Source: Styela clava (Eukaryota). Taken from it: 64,000 nt of DNA. Below, in pieces: positions 1-13,000 of the stretch. A program made the position numbers and the translations under genes. The stretch is from assembly GCF_964204865.1 (NCBI RefSeq), contig NC_135257.1:5828001-5892000 (forward strand), written 5' to 3'. Positions within the stretch are counted from its first letter, which is position 1, and the number at the start of each line of letters is the position of its first letter. The notes beneath the pieces are model-generated. The model saw only the letters and a list, made by a program, of their open reading frames with translations. It ran no database searches and was not told where the DNA came from.

Positions 1-351
1 CAGGTTGTGGTCCCGGTTTTTTAAACTGTTTCTGTGAGGTTGATCTGCTGATTTTAACATTCCTTATAATACAATAATACCCTATATTTGTAAAATATTT
101 TTTATGTAATACAGTAATAATAATCTGCAGAGCTAATTATAATAACAAAAAGATCTGGCAGAACAGTTTTCGTCATTATTTAAAAGACCAAACTTAACCA
201 TAACAAATGACAAAGCCAGAAAGCCCCTATGCCCTAATTACTCTCTGAATGCAATTGAAAATATAGCTGTATAGACTAGTACATATGTTACACATATTTA
301 AAATTTGAATCCTATTTTTTTTCTCTAGAAAATATCTGAAACCGTGCAATA

Positions 352-3300
352 ATGATGGATGGTCGGGATCAAATAACTGGACTACAAGCTCATTTACTAC
401 AAGCAAGTGGAAATGGTAGTCAAATGCTTCAGGTAATACAGTAATACCTTAAACATCTCGTGCGTACCTATCTTGTGTTACATGCAACCAAAGAAGTTCA
501 TGGAACATGATCAAAATGAGATTTTGTATGTATAATAATCATTATGTAGAGTTGAAAATCATTGTCAGATGGTAGAGGAAGTCAAAGTACCATTATAACA
601 TAGCATACGTGATGCTGATAGAGCGACATATATTCAATAACATGCTCCTCCTACAAAGATTTTATCAAGTACACTCGGAAATCAAGAACTATTTAAGGAT
701 TTTAATTGTTTACCAATTTTCTTGTTTGATATAGCTGTATGGTGTCTCTGATTCGGTAAATGAGTCAAATTCTTAGATTACTAGTAGGGTCTTAAACCAG
801 AACTATTAAATCTACAAAGTAAAAGTGGGTAAGTTAATGTCATCGTCACTTATCGATCTCGATCGGTAAGTATGTTGATAGGTATTTGTTTGTTTGTCTG
901 TCTGTTAGACACTTTCGTATGTTACGCGATATCTCACGAAAGTGAGGTTGAATCTGCTAATTTTGCATGTGCATTCATCATATCTCTGACCAGAAGTAGG
1001 GCTGTCCAAAATCGAATAATTTTTCAAATCGAATCTAATATTTTCGCAGAATCGAACCGAATAATCGAATATTATTGCGCAATCCTAAATCTGTCTCTAT
1101 TATACAATAAACGCATGCCCTTCGATGTTGTGGTGGCGTATGTGCAGTTACATCTTACTTACTGCTGGTATTTTGCAATACAATGTTTTCAGATTTATGA
1201 AAGGAGATCACACGCTTGTATGAACTGGTCAAAAAAATTGGAGGACTCCAAAATTTGGGTCTCGAAAACTGTTGAGTGTTTAAAGTAAAAATTGCAATCT
1301 CAATTCTGATGGATTCAGTTTTAATAGGACATGTAAAGCCTGTAGATGCTATTTTAATCCTATTCACTAGGGTTATGTTTTTTTGTGTAATTTTCAGCAA
1401 AATAATAACAACCATTAATATAGATAAAACTGTTGCTCAAATTCAAAATTGCATTTAACAAATTCGAAGCTAGTTTGATGACTATAATATTGTTAGTGTA
1501 AAACAGCCATCAAAATTCAAGAATGCAATTATTTGTCTTGGTATATAGATGGATAATACAGTATTGCCATCATATGAAATTACAAATTCCATTGAAAGAA
1601 GGTATTGCCATCATAAGGATCCCAAAACACCTGTTTCAGCTTTGAGTTGCCTGTACCAAGTTCCTATGATAACTAACTTAACAGCTTTAAATCGATTCTA
1701 TTATAAAACTATCGTTTTCTAAATTGCCTTTTTTTCCTTGTTCCCTCTCAAAAACGTCATTACCGATAACTTTTAAGTTATGATGACCATGCATGAAATG
1801 GCTAATCACGTGCCACCGGGCGGGCATTAGGAATGACATGTTTATCACAAAATGAAGGCGAGAGAAATATCGGGAAACCAATTAAGCCAGGAGCGAGAGT
1901 CGCCGCCTGCCCGATAAAAAACGTCCTGCAAAGGTGGTTTCCGCTTTATGTACCTAATCTTAGCGATTCGAAAATTAGCCAAAAACGATTCGAATAATTA
2001 GCGATTCGATTCGATTTCGAATATTTGGTTCGCTTGGACAGCCCTAACCAGAAACCTATTGATTTTGGATGAATTATGTTGTATAATTAGCAAGTTATTA
2101 ATTAATTAATTAGTGATGGGACACGCAGTGTCGCTAACGAGTCAGAGCGAAGGAATCGAAACCGCAGATCTATAAGTCGGCCGTCTCCGATCGCTATCTA
2201 GTTTTCTAAATTAGCCAGTAGGACATAATCAGTGTATTTGATATATTTAGATAAATGGTCAGAATGTCCAAATCGTTACTATGAATGTAAATTCGTTACT
2301 TGGACAACAACAACAACAGCAGCAACAACAACCTCTGGTTTTGCAAGCTGGAGTTGGAGGAGATGAAACAATACAAGTAATATATTATATTGTACATTTT
2401 TTGAAGATTTTATCGTGACACTGATCAAAGTAGGGTCAAAAAAAGTTCATAGTTTTATGTTTTGAGAACTTCAAGTTACTGTATTTTGAATTTATTGTAA
2501 GGTGGAAAATCTCCAAAATTGGCCAAAATGAGGAAAATAAATCTAGGGAGCAAAAACTACCTCTCTATACTAATTCACATAGCCAAAATTACTCTATTAT
2601 TATAGAAACAGTGGAGGTATACATTTATTCTTTCAGACCATTATACATTTTTATTTATTCGGTATTATAGTAAAGGAATAATGATTTTTTATACCTGGTA
2701 TCTACCAAATTATGATTACTTCACCCTTTTATATGTATATTTTATGATATTGTATCGGATTTTTAACAAAAATTGATTTATGCTATGATTTTTGGCATTT
2801 CGTTTTTGTTGTCTGAGAGATTTATAAATCTTCAAATGTTCGTTGATTATTGTTCGTTCAAATTTATAACTTTGGTATTCCACCCCTTTTAGCAAGCACC
2901 TGCTAATGTACTGAATGCAGGTGCAGGAAATGTGTTTCAACTTGTGCAAGGTCCTGGTGGAAGTTTACAATTGCAACCCACTGGTGGAAATGGACAAGTC
3001 GTTGTACAGACACAACAGGTTCGTGCTATGAAATATCCAAAACAAATTTATTATTCAAATACATTCTTTTTTTTTTCATTATATTTGATATCCATAAATG
3101 TGATGCTATGTCAACAGAGATAATTTTAACACTTTGACTACTAGATCATTGGGCCCACAGGAACATACTATATATTTGACATTCCATATTCAAAATATTA
3201 TTTCAGGAAATATGGCCTTGCGATCTCTATTTCTACTTATTATTGCAATGGTTAAAATTTGTGGAATATCTGAAATAAATTCAATGATTTTACATTTACA

Positions 3301-5992
3301 ATTTGAGTTATTTAATTTAATTGCTTCTGGTCATGATAGTCATATTTTGTAACTGCCATATTTCTGCTTCTATATTCATTTTATTTATTAATTATTATGA
3401 GGATATATCCTTCATCTAAATAACAAGGATGTACTTGTTGACATTTTAACGATGTAGGGTAACAGATTTCATTGTTGAATGACTTTGTAATTGGAATAGT
3501 CATAGTTTAATGTTCTGTTGTCAACATAGCTGGGATAGTAAAGTAATTATATTTTTTTGTTTACTAAACTATTTGTACATTTTTTTTATATTCGAAGGAA
3601 ACTGCACCAAGTCAACCGACAGCATCTCAATTGTTAATGCAAAGTGCAGCTGCTGAAACTTCCAATATATCATCGCAAACATTACAGGTGATTTTGTTCA
3701 AAAAAAATCTTTAAATACAAAATATCTGGATTTTCTGTGCCAGTAGTTTTTACTAGAATTTTTTCACTACATACAAATTGAATAGTCTTATTATGCAATT
3801 TGAGATTATCAATGTAATGGTGATCTTATCGTATACGAAAATGCGTCATATTTTAAATGAAAATATTTTTTTTTAATCTAATAGCTGGGAGGAGGACTCC
3901 AGTCTGGTGGTTCTGTAATATTGCAAACTGTTAATAACAATGCAACAATTCCCAATGTTCCTGGTTTGAATCTATCGTCTGCAAATGTTAATGTTGGTGC
4001 TCTACAGAATGCTGGTGTTATTATGGTATGTGAAATTCTGAATCGAATCCGATAAATATGTAGATATATACCAGTAATGATTTCCTAATACAGTCATCCG
4101 TCTGTAGTCGAACATAATTCGTTCTGGATTGGTGTTTGACTAATGATTTGTTCGAGTACTACAACTTTTTTGCCATAAGAAGCAATGGTAATTATTTTAA
4201 CACTTTCTTACGCATTCTAAAATACCCTGAAAAATAAATTAATTGTGTATCTAAACAAGAATAATTGTCTGTCGCTGTCGCTTCCTGCACAACATTAGCT
4301 TTCTTTATCATTTCATCATTTTTCAAAATTGGAAATGGTAGACTTTGCCATTTCATACTGTAAGGCTAAATTAAACACTTATCAATGGCAAAAAAGGCAA
4401 GAAAAAACACTAAATCACAAATCATCTCGCTCGGCCACACGCTCAGCTCGAGTGTTTGAGCTCCGAATTTTTGTCGAGTACCGCAGCATTTTTTACTCGT
4501 TTTTTGGTCGACTATTGTTTACTATAAATATGGTATTTCAGACTTGATCTAGCCTGAACAAGGAAATTCAATTTTTATATATTTCTTTGTATGATCTTAG
4601 ATGATACCAACTGGTACTGGTGGGTTTCAGCGATTACAGTTGGGTAACATGGGAGGTGCAGAACAATCAGAGGAAGAACCTTTATATGTAAATGCAAAAC
4701 AATATCATAGGATACTGAAAAGAAGACAAGCAAGGGCAAAACTTGAAGCTGCCGGGAGATTACCAAAAGAAAGAAAGGTTGAACTGGAAAAAAAAAATTT
4801 GTGTCATAAATTGATGTTAATTTAACAATAAGAATAATGAATGCAATTTTCATAATAACTTGTGAATAATTTTGTTTAAGATTCACGAATATCTGCATGC
4901 TTGTCAAGATGTATACATTCATATTTATACATGATCGATAGGTTTGCACAAGTGTCCCAATATCCATCATAAATTATACTTCATGGAAGCGGATACATTT
5001 GATATATACTGGATTGTAGAGGAATTGTGTCCAGATCGCATGTGGAACACTAAAATAGAGATCAACTGATCACTTTCATGTGACAATTTACTGACTTTGT
5101 TTTTCGAAGTATCCTAAAAATGATGTGTTTTATCTAGATCCTAATCCGAAGTGGTTCATACTAGTTTGCAAGTAATAATAATTTTTTTTAAACTTGTCTT
5201 TTTTAGAAATATTTGCACGAGTCTAGACATAAACATGCAATGAATAGGAATCGGGGTGATGGAGGAAGATTTAATTCGGGTCTGGGAAAAGAAGACTCAC
5301 TACCAGAGATTGCTGTAGGTTGCGATTTGCAGATTTTGAGATTGCCTCCCGTATTACTAGATATATGCAAGTTAATTAGCAAAACTATAGCAAATACAAG
5401 GTCAAATTTTCAACAAAAAGGCAAAATTTTTCTTAGAGGGTTTTGGTTGATAAACGTTGTTCTAACATCTACCAATAATGTTGAATAATTAATATGTTTC
5501 ATTTTTTTTACTAATATCCTTTTTCTTTAGCATCACTATCGAAGAAGTGATTACAAGTACAGACCTCAAACTGGAACATCTATTATGAATCAACAACGTA
5601 TATCGATTGCACCCACGGTAGCGGATAGTGGAAATATGGGGGGAATTGTTACAAACTCTAACAATCAGAATATTTTGGTTTCATCAAACCAAATGTTTGT
5701 TTCTCCAGATCAGCTAAGCACTATTATGAGTGCACAAGACACTGATGAAGATGTTTTGGGGCGACTTATTGGTCAAGCAAATAATGGCAATGCTATCCAT
5801 AACTTAGCCATCTCACAACCATTAGAACTTCAGACTGGCCAACATCAACAGATTGGCAGCCAATCAAATTTTGTTTTGAGTTCTTCCACATCGATCGGAA
5901 CTGTGTCAGCCTCAACTAATATTATGTCTGATTCGTCAAAATCACAAGCATCTAATCTGTTATTTAATCTAGCTAATATTTCAAAGAGTTGA
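352..5992 (+). CDS. NFYA: Nuclear transcription factor Y subunit alpha (CCAAT-binding), ~436 aa
   Basis: Exons 352-432, 2251-2376, 2893-3018, 3598-3687, 3885-4025, 4601-4777, 5207-5314, 5531-5992, all GT-AG and phase 0. Q/G-rich N-terminus and the diagnostic HAP2 domain EEPLYVNAKQYHRILKRRQARAKLE...KYLHESRHKHAMNRNRGDGGRF. Confidence 0.96.
847..2203 (+). mobile_element. Helentron/DINE-1-like non-autonomous element, split by a hAT MITE at 997-2046
   Basis: 5' hairpin cttatcgatc..gatcggtaag, (tgtc/tgtt)n microsatellite, then acgcgatatctcacgaaag...aattttgcatgtgcattcatc. The two halves (847-996, 2047-2203) match the intact copies at 35979, 37956 and 46331. Superfamily call is by architecture only. 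Confidence 0.7.
997..2046. mobile_element. hAT-type non-autonomous DNA transposon (~1050 bp)
   Basis: Perfect 13-bp TIR tagggctgtccaa / ttggacagcccta, subterminal (a)tcgaa repeats, 8-bp TSD accagaag (989-996) / accagaaa (2047-2054). Confidence 0.85.
2305..2331 (+). repeat. Coding polyglutamine tract (CAA/CAG)9 in NFYA exon 2
   Basis: caacaacaacaacagcagcaacaacaa, in frame with the NFYA model. Confidence 0.9.
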
Positions 5993-6011
5993 ATTTCAAT
6001 AGTGTTCTTGT

Positions 6012-6302
6012 CAGGGGTTGCCAAAACCGAATATATCACTGTTTCTGATATATTCTGATAATATATTTTTGAATATGAAATATCGAATACATCCTAAATT
6101 AGGGACAAGTGAAAAATTTAAAGTCATTGTTTTCTCTGTACTGTTTGTTTCCAGTTGAGATATCGAACGTTTTGATTTGCTTGTCTGGTGGCTCCGAATC
6201 TCTAACTTTTAAACAAAAATATGCCAAACTACTCTAAGTTTGAAAATTTACCATATCAAATATAATGTATTCGAATATTCGCTTTGTTTTTGAACATCCC
6301 TG
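6012..6302. mobile_element. hAT-type MITE in the NFYA 3' UTR
   Basis: Imperfect TIR caggggttgccaaaa / ttttgaacatccctg; 8-bp TSD gttcttgt (6004-6011) / gttgttgt (6303-6310). Confidence 0.65.
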
Positions 6303-6859
6303 GTTGTTGTTGTCAGTCTTGAGTTTTAACCATGTTAGTCTTACTATCTTTTGCACAGGATACACTGTTAAAACTTGTATAATTTTCAAAAATTTTTGCT
6401 GCCCTATTTTATTATCGATAGCGTCTTAAAAAAATCGTTTCACAAAAAATAGTTGGTAGATTGTCGCCTTTCTTAACCATGTTTAATTTTGAATAGTATT
6501 GGAATTGGTTGAAACTATACTGATAGTTACAAAACGCTAATCTTATCAGAGGAGCTTCCATAATTTGAATAATTTGTTTCCATAAGTACAAGATTTTATT
6601 GAGGTTTACGAATGTAATGTATTATTATGCCGCCATAGAAATTTTTTGCTATGAAAATGCCAAATTAGTGTTGATTTTCTATCTTGTATCTGCTTTCAAT
6701 CATACTCTGGGTGATTCTAGTATATAAATTCTTTTATTGCTTGCTTCTTGGTGCCCATAAGCAAACAGCCTCTCAGCTTCCTTCTCTTTTTCAAAAATCT
6801 GTTTCATTGTTATATGTTGTCGTAGATTTTTTAACTTGTGTTATTGTGACATCTTCTGA

Positions 6860-6865
6860 AATAAA
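6860..6865 (+). promoter_or_regulatory. Candidate NFYA polyadenylation signal AATAAA
   Basis: AATAAA after an ~870-nt U-rich 3' UTR and shortly before the first TBC1D2B exon. Confidence 0.55.
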
Positions 6866-7088
6866 TATTTTGAGATAAATGTGGAACTTATAGTCCAAAA
6901 TTTTAGCTCACTAGTTGGCAGTATACAGCCTGTGTTCAGCAAAGTGACTATTCAGTCTAGCTTGCAGTCTTGTGTTGTGCTGTGCATAAGTTCTTGCTGT
7001 GAACAGTTTCTGACCTGCTCAGTTTTGGGCTTCTGAAGTACAACAGTGCTTATGAGTTTTTGCATTTGAACGATTACATAGCAGCTGC

Positions 7089-10000
7089 ATGGCTGATAAG
7101 GAGGCGACGCCATGTCCAACAGACATTTTGGTGGATATAGGGGATGAATCTGAAGCGTTTGAGATAATACAGGTAAAATTGAAAGTTTTTTTTTCTCTGA
7201 TTCCATAGTGTTCTGTCCGTTTAAGCCAGTTTGTGGCTACGGTGACATAGGCTAGCGCTAGACTCAATTCAGTAATTATAAAGGCATCGCAGGCAAAAAT
7301 GTTTTTCAAATCCCATGCCGTGTTCCGAGTGGAAGGCGCATAAATACAGAAAGAAGAATAAACAAAATCTTCCTAGAAAACACTTTATTCTGTTATTTCA
7401 GTAGTCTATATAAATATTCTGATCATCTTTTAGTCTTTTACTAAACTTCTCTGTACTGCTGTATCTTGTGTTAGACTAGTCATATAAAATAGCTCGTTTC
7501 ACAAACTATGTATTAAATCAAATACAAAACCAGAAAACGGACCAATTACAGAATTAGTACAAAAATAGATTTTCTCTTCAATACTGCAATAAAAGTATTA
7601 GGCATGTCACTGCAGCACTGTATTGTTGATACTATCTGACTGTTGCTTGAACAGTTAGTCGCTTACAACATTATAATAACAGAATAATTTTAGACTATCT
7701 ACTCTATAGAAAGAAATTCATTCATATAGAATAAATTGATTTTAGTCTCTTTTTGTATTTATTGGTCTATTTTGTCCCAGTTATCACTGTATTAATACTA
7801 TTATTTTATAACAAATAACTGAATAACATGGCATTTTATTCAGTAACTGTGCTGTTATATTGCTGTGCTTGAATATTATTACCGGTAACCAATTTTTATG
7901 CATTTAAAACAAGAAAAATTTTAGATTCTGAACTAATGCCTAGTTATACAATTCGAGGGTCTCGTGTAGTTTCGTACCTAACGTACTTCTAGTGGGCGTA
8001 GCATAACAATTTTTTGATATGTCAATCCTAACCCCCATCTGACTACTCCATCCAAAAATTAAATCACTACGATATCACAATCATGTCATAGAGCTTGCCA
8101 AATATAAGCACGATCGACCGAAATGGCATTGGCGCCGACGATAAAGAACTGACTGACGTTATCGATCTCTCTCCTATGGGAATTGTTGCGACGAGAAAAC
8201 GAGATAAATAACTGTTAGATTTCGGGTGCTTGTTTGCGCGTCTTGGATGGCAGTTTGTATAGTTTGAAGGGCTCTATTACGTCACTGTAACGTCGTAAAG
8301 ACATAATTTTTGGATGGTGTAGTCAGGTGGGGGTTAGGATTGATACGTGGAAAAATTGTCATGCTACGCCCACTAGACGTATGTTAGGTACGAAACTACA
8401 TGAGACCCCAATTCAATAGGATGTAGGATTTCGGTTTTGAAGTATTTACATAAAAGCGCATTCTTACAATTTGTCATTCATCTATAGAAATAGTTAGATA
8501 TGCAATTTATTGCTATGCCTGTGAGCGTGTGGTTATACATTTTGACATGCATACGTGAGGTTTAATATACAAATACATTTTTTACATACATTTTTATATG
8601 GTAAAATATACCGTTGTTTCCGTGTTAACAGCCACTTTCTCCAGAGGAATGCAATACTAATGAAGATCGATTATGTGGATATTTGGCAAAAGTTAGTCAA
8701 GGGGGTTTTATTAAAGGTAAGAGTTTGTACTGGGAAATATGATTTATAATGAAAAATTCATAAAAAAGTCTTGAGTTTTTGTCGAGCTTGAACTCTTCCG
8801 GTTTTTGATAAAGTATGAAAAGTATTTTGTATTATTCCATATGCAGAAAGGATCATTTTGTCAATTTAGATTAGGTGCATCCATAATACATGGAGCTTTG
8901 CTTTGTGAAATAGAGTCTTGGTCTCGTTATATGTAATGTAGCCATTCCTAGATCACTTTGTATGTTTAGTATTGGTTCGAAAAACATACTCTTATCATTT
9001 TTATATAGGTGGCTATACTGTTAGAAAAATGTATGTTATATTCATTTGTTACAGGTTCCAAAACCAGATGGTTTGTTTTCGACAAAGAAACATGCTCTTT
9101 AAATTACTATCGGTCTCCAAAAGATACTGCAGGAAATCCACTTGGTTCTATTCCTATTTCGAGCTCTGCATTCACATGTACTGCAGATGGATTACTTGTG
9201 AATTCATTCCAGATTATGCATGAAACTCGAACTCATGTCTTGCAGGTTTATAAACTGTTGTTATGGTACATTTTTTATATAGATTTCGACATGACTACTA
9301 CTACTTTTAAACTTCACTGAAGTTCAAAAATGTGACATCACTATAGAACAATGTGTCTTTCTGTGGTTATAGATAGGATATTGTTTGTTGTGATTCTATA
9401 ATTGAAATGAACGTTATATCACTGTAGGATAGGATAGAATTTACATATATATTTATCCCAAGGAGAGAAAAGAAGATAATATGGCTTAATCATATTATGG
9501 CGAACCACGACCTCTCATCTGGTTATCGGTCTATGTCAGGTATGGAGTTGGCCAATTTTTTGTTTCATATGCATGGACTTGATGATGGAGGAAGCCGTAA
9601 CCTACCAGCGGTTGCGTGAACCATGCTACGACGGCGAGGAGTGCAGCAATCGTACATTATTATCCCCCACTGGATTCAAGCTTTCAAACACACGTGGGTT
9701 AATCAAAAGTGTAGCAGCGAGTGTACTCCTAACGCTGATGCGCCACGCCTAGCACGATGCGCCACGCCGTCAAGCACATATATAAGCCTATTCTATATTA
9801 TAAGTTGTGTATAATACATTATTCTGTGAAAATAACGGACGAAATCATGTGTAGGGCACAGGCACCTTAATTTGTAGATAGGGTTTGGTGTGCTCCTGGT
9901 TTATCAACAATTTTTAGATTTTCTTCAACATGGGCCAACATGCTTCTTGTTTGTTGTTCACAATTCTTGCATGCTTTGGTCATGGGCTCATGGCATTCAT

Positions 10001-13000
10001 CCCCAAATATGCATGATGCGAGTGCCATTCTGATTTGTGATTTCAGTCGTCAAGATTTTTTTACCTACACTTTGCTTTGGTCACTTCAGACTAACAGTTT
10101 GGGCCAAGTTGTAGATCAATGTATACAGTTATATAATACAATATACAATATTATTATATCATATATTTGTCTCATCACTAAATGTTAATTAAGTTAGGAA
10201 TAAGAATCATATAATTTTATTTTAGGCTTGTGATCAAAAAACAATGCTATGGTGGTTGCAAGAACTGCAAACAGAAAGAAGAGTTTTCAACACAAAGCAG
10301 ACTCAGAGATCTTCAAGTAGAATTAAACCAAAGGCTGATACAGAAGCAGATACAAATCCTGCTGTTTTAAATATTGATGAACAAAAATCATCTGGACTTA
10401 TCGACAAATTTCCTGGGGAAAGTGAAGTGAAAAATCTAGGTGAATTATTATTGATTTGATATCAGCATTGCATTAGCAATTGTGAGATGTAAAATTTTAC
10501 AATATAGCAAAAATAGAACTCTAATAAAATCACATTTTCATAAGTTTTAACGAAAAAAAAACATACAGAAGAACTTGGGTATCTTTACTTTTTATCGTAT
10601 CGATGTGTTGTATAATTTGAGATTTTAGAGGTTACTTCATAACTTAGTGCATATGGGTTGGCTTCTTCTTTTATTCCAATTTTCCTTTTTTTTAGTTCTA
10701 TTACGAGTTCGGGGACTGTCTGTGTTAGCCAAGTAAATACCCCATAAATAGGGATCCGTACCTTTACACAACTTGATGTAAAGTAGGTGAACAAAAGTAA
10801 CTAATTTGAGCCCTAACACTTGTTTGCAGCCTACATCATGTCAATCTTTTAATACAGGCTTCTATTTTTATTGCATATGAGTGTAAATCCACAATAAGCA
10901 ATCGTAGGATTTTGAGAAAGGGGTTCTTGTAACTCAAAAAATAGTAAAAAAGAGAGCTGTGGACAAGCCAAGCACAGAGTTCTACTCCACCAGTGAGCTT
11001 AGTGCATTTACAAAGGCTTTAGTTGATATAGTCACACGGTTTCATAACATCAGTTGAAAGTATATACCAGTATACTGATAGGATAGACTTTAAACGAATA
11101 TGATTGGTTGAAAATAGAAAAACAGGAAAGAGAAAGATCATAATAGTTCAAAAAAGCAGTAAAAAAGTCAGATGTAACATCAGTTGAATGAAAGTATATA
11201 CCAGTATACTGATGGGATAGACTTTAAATGAATATGATTGGTTGAAAATAAAAAAAAAACAGGAAAGAGAAAGATCATAATAGTTCAAAAAAGCAGTAAA
11301 AGAGTCAGAAGTAGATTATGAACAGAATATGAAACAGAATTTGAGAAAGGTGATCTCACATAGTACAGCTGATTATAACAGAGGACTAACTATAAGTTGA
11401 AGAATATATTAGAGAAATCAAGACCTTGACTAGCTGGTTGCAATATGGGGAAAGGGAATTCCTTGGCCAAGTTGTTCTCACCAATGTATACAAAATGAAC
11501 TTTGTACGATATCAGTATATGAAAGAGCTCAAAGATTTTGTGTTTGATTTAACCCAAAATAGAAACATGGAAAGTATCTTTATCAAGGAAGTTGTTGGTC
11601 GAGTCAAACCACCTTTTCCTAGTCTATAATGAACTTCCACCACCTTTTCCTACTTCATAATGAACTGGTATTTTAACTGAAAGCCGATTTGGGGTAATAT
11701 GTTTATGACAACCATAATTGTGATCAATCATACCAAATTTAAAGTGGTGCCAGATAATTTTGTTTCAAGGTTTTTGTAATTAGTATTTTTTTAAATGAAC
11801 TGTATGTACCCAAGTTTATGTGAATGTGTTTGATTTGGTTCTAGAGCTTTCTTAACTTTGGATTTAACTGGTAGATGTCAGTATACTCAATTATCCTCGA
11901 AAACTGAGGTAAATTGAGTATACTGACTTTCAGAAAAAAATGCATTTTAGGGTCACTTGAATACATTGAATAAGATTCAACATGTTATTCAAGGAAGTAC
12001 AGAGTCAGAACTCAGAATGTTACAATGAAACCATAATTTCAGAGAGAATCAATTCCACTCAGATTTTACATCGCTTCAAATGTTAAAAACTACTCAAATA
12101 ACCCCACAATACCATGTTTCAATCAAATCTCTTACAATTTCCACCACAAGTCTCTTTCTACTTCACTCAGATTATTTATTATAGATATTATATAGATTAT
12201 TATATTATTAATGACGGTAAGTCATTTTACTTTTTATATATTTTATTCAGAACTCCAAGTAAATCGTGACTGTTTATCAGTTATTCCTGTTCTACCAAGG
12301 ATTGAGAATCCACCAGATACCGTTGGAATAAAATCTGCAAATATGAATATAAAACAAGGGTCAAGTGGACTCCCTGGTTTATCAGATTTTGGCAACAAAG
12401 TCACACAATTAGGAGGTGATTGCCCTTGATAAAATTATCAATTGTATACTATTTGGCATTGGGAGCTAGAATAAGTGGTTGATTATTTGGTCATTGCCTC
12501 CAAGCAGACTTAATGTATTCACATTTGAGTTGTATTACGCGATGTTGGTTATTTATTTACCTATCACATTAGATGGTTCAACTACCAAGCCTCGATCATC
12601 AATGATAACAGTTGTCCAACAATCAAGTTGCTAAAACTTGGCTAATGTTTATTTAGATATTAGAACCTTGGGTGTCGCTGCTTGATAACCAGCTTTGGTT
12701 CCCCGCGGCTTCCCTTTCCCAGTGAAATGTGTATTCAATATTATTTATTGGTCTTAATTTTGCATGTTAACTTTTTTTACTGGATGGAAAAAATAAACTT
12801 GACTATGACTATGACATTGTTCTTAGGTGAGCATGAAAAGGGTTGACTGAGATCAACAACTTTTTTTTCTTTTATAGCGATTCAAAATACTTCTTCTCAG
12901 ATGGTAATATATTCAGTGTGAGCATCGGGGACTGTAGATTCGGAAAAACAAATTCACATCTGAAACCAAGCTTTGATCCCTCTAGGAAATGAATCAAACA

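Noticed and set aside
872-1458. ORFs of 138, 86 and 60 aa in NFYA intron 1
   Set aside because: They run through a DINE-like element and a hAT MITE, have no domain signature, and similar peptides recur at other repeat copies.
4091-4515. Possible Tigger/pogo-like MITE (ta|cagt start, gtcga motifs near both ends)
   Set aside because: The right TIR and TSD could not be defined.
11330-12140. Possible degraded L1 ORF2 fragment (GKGGL on the minus strand)
   Set aside because: Only one short motif and the frames are heavily interrupted.
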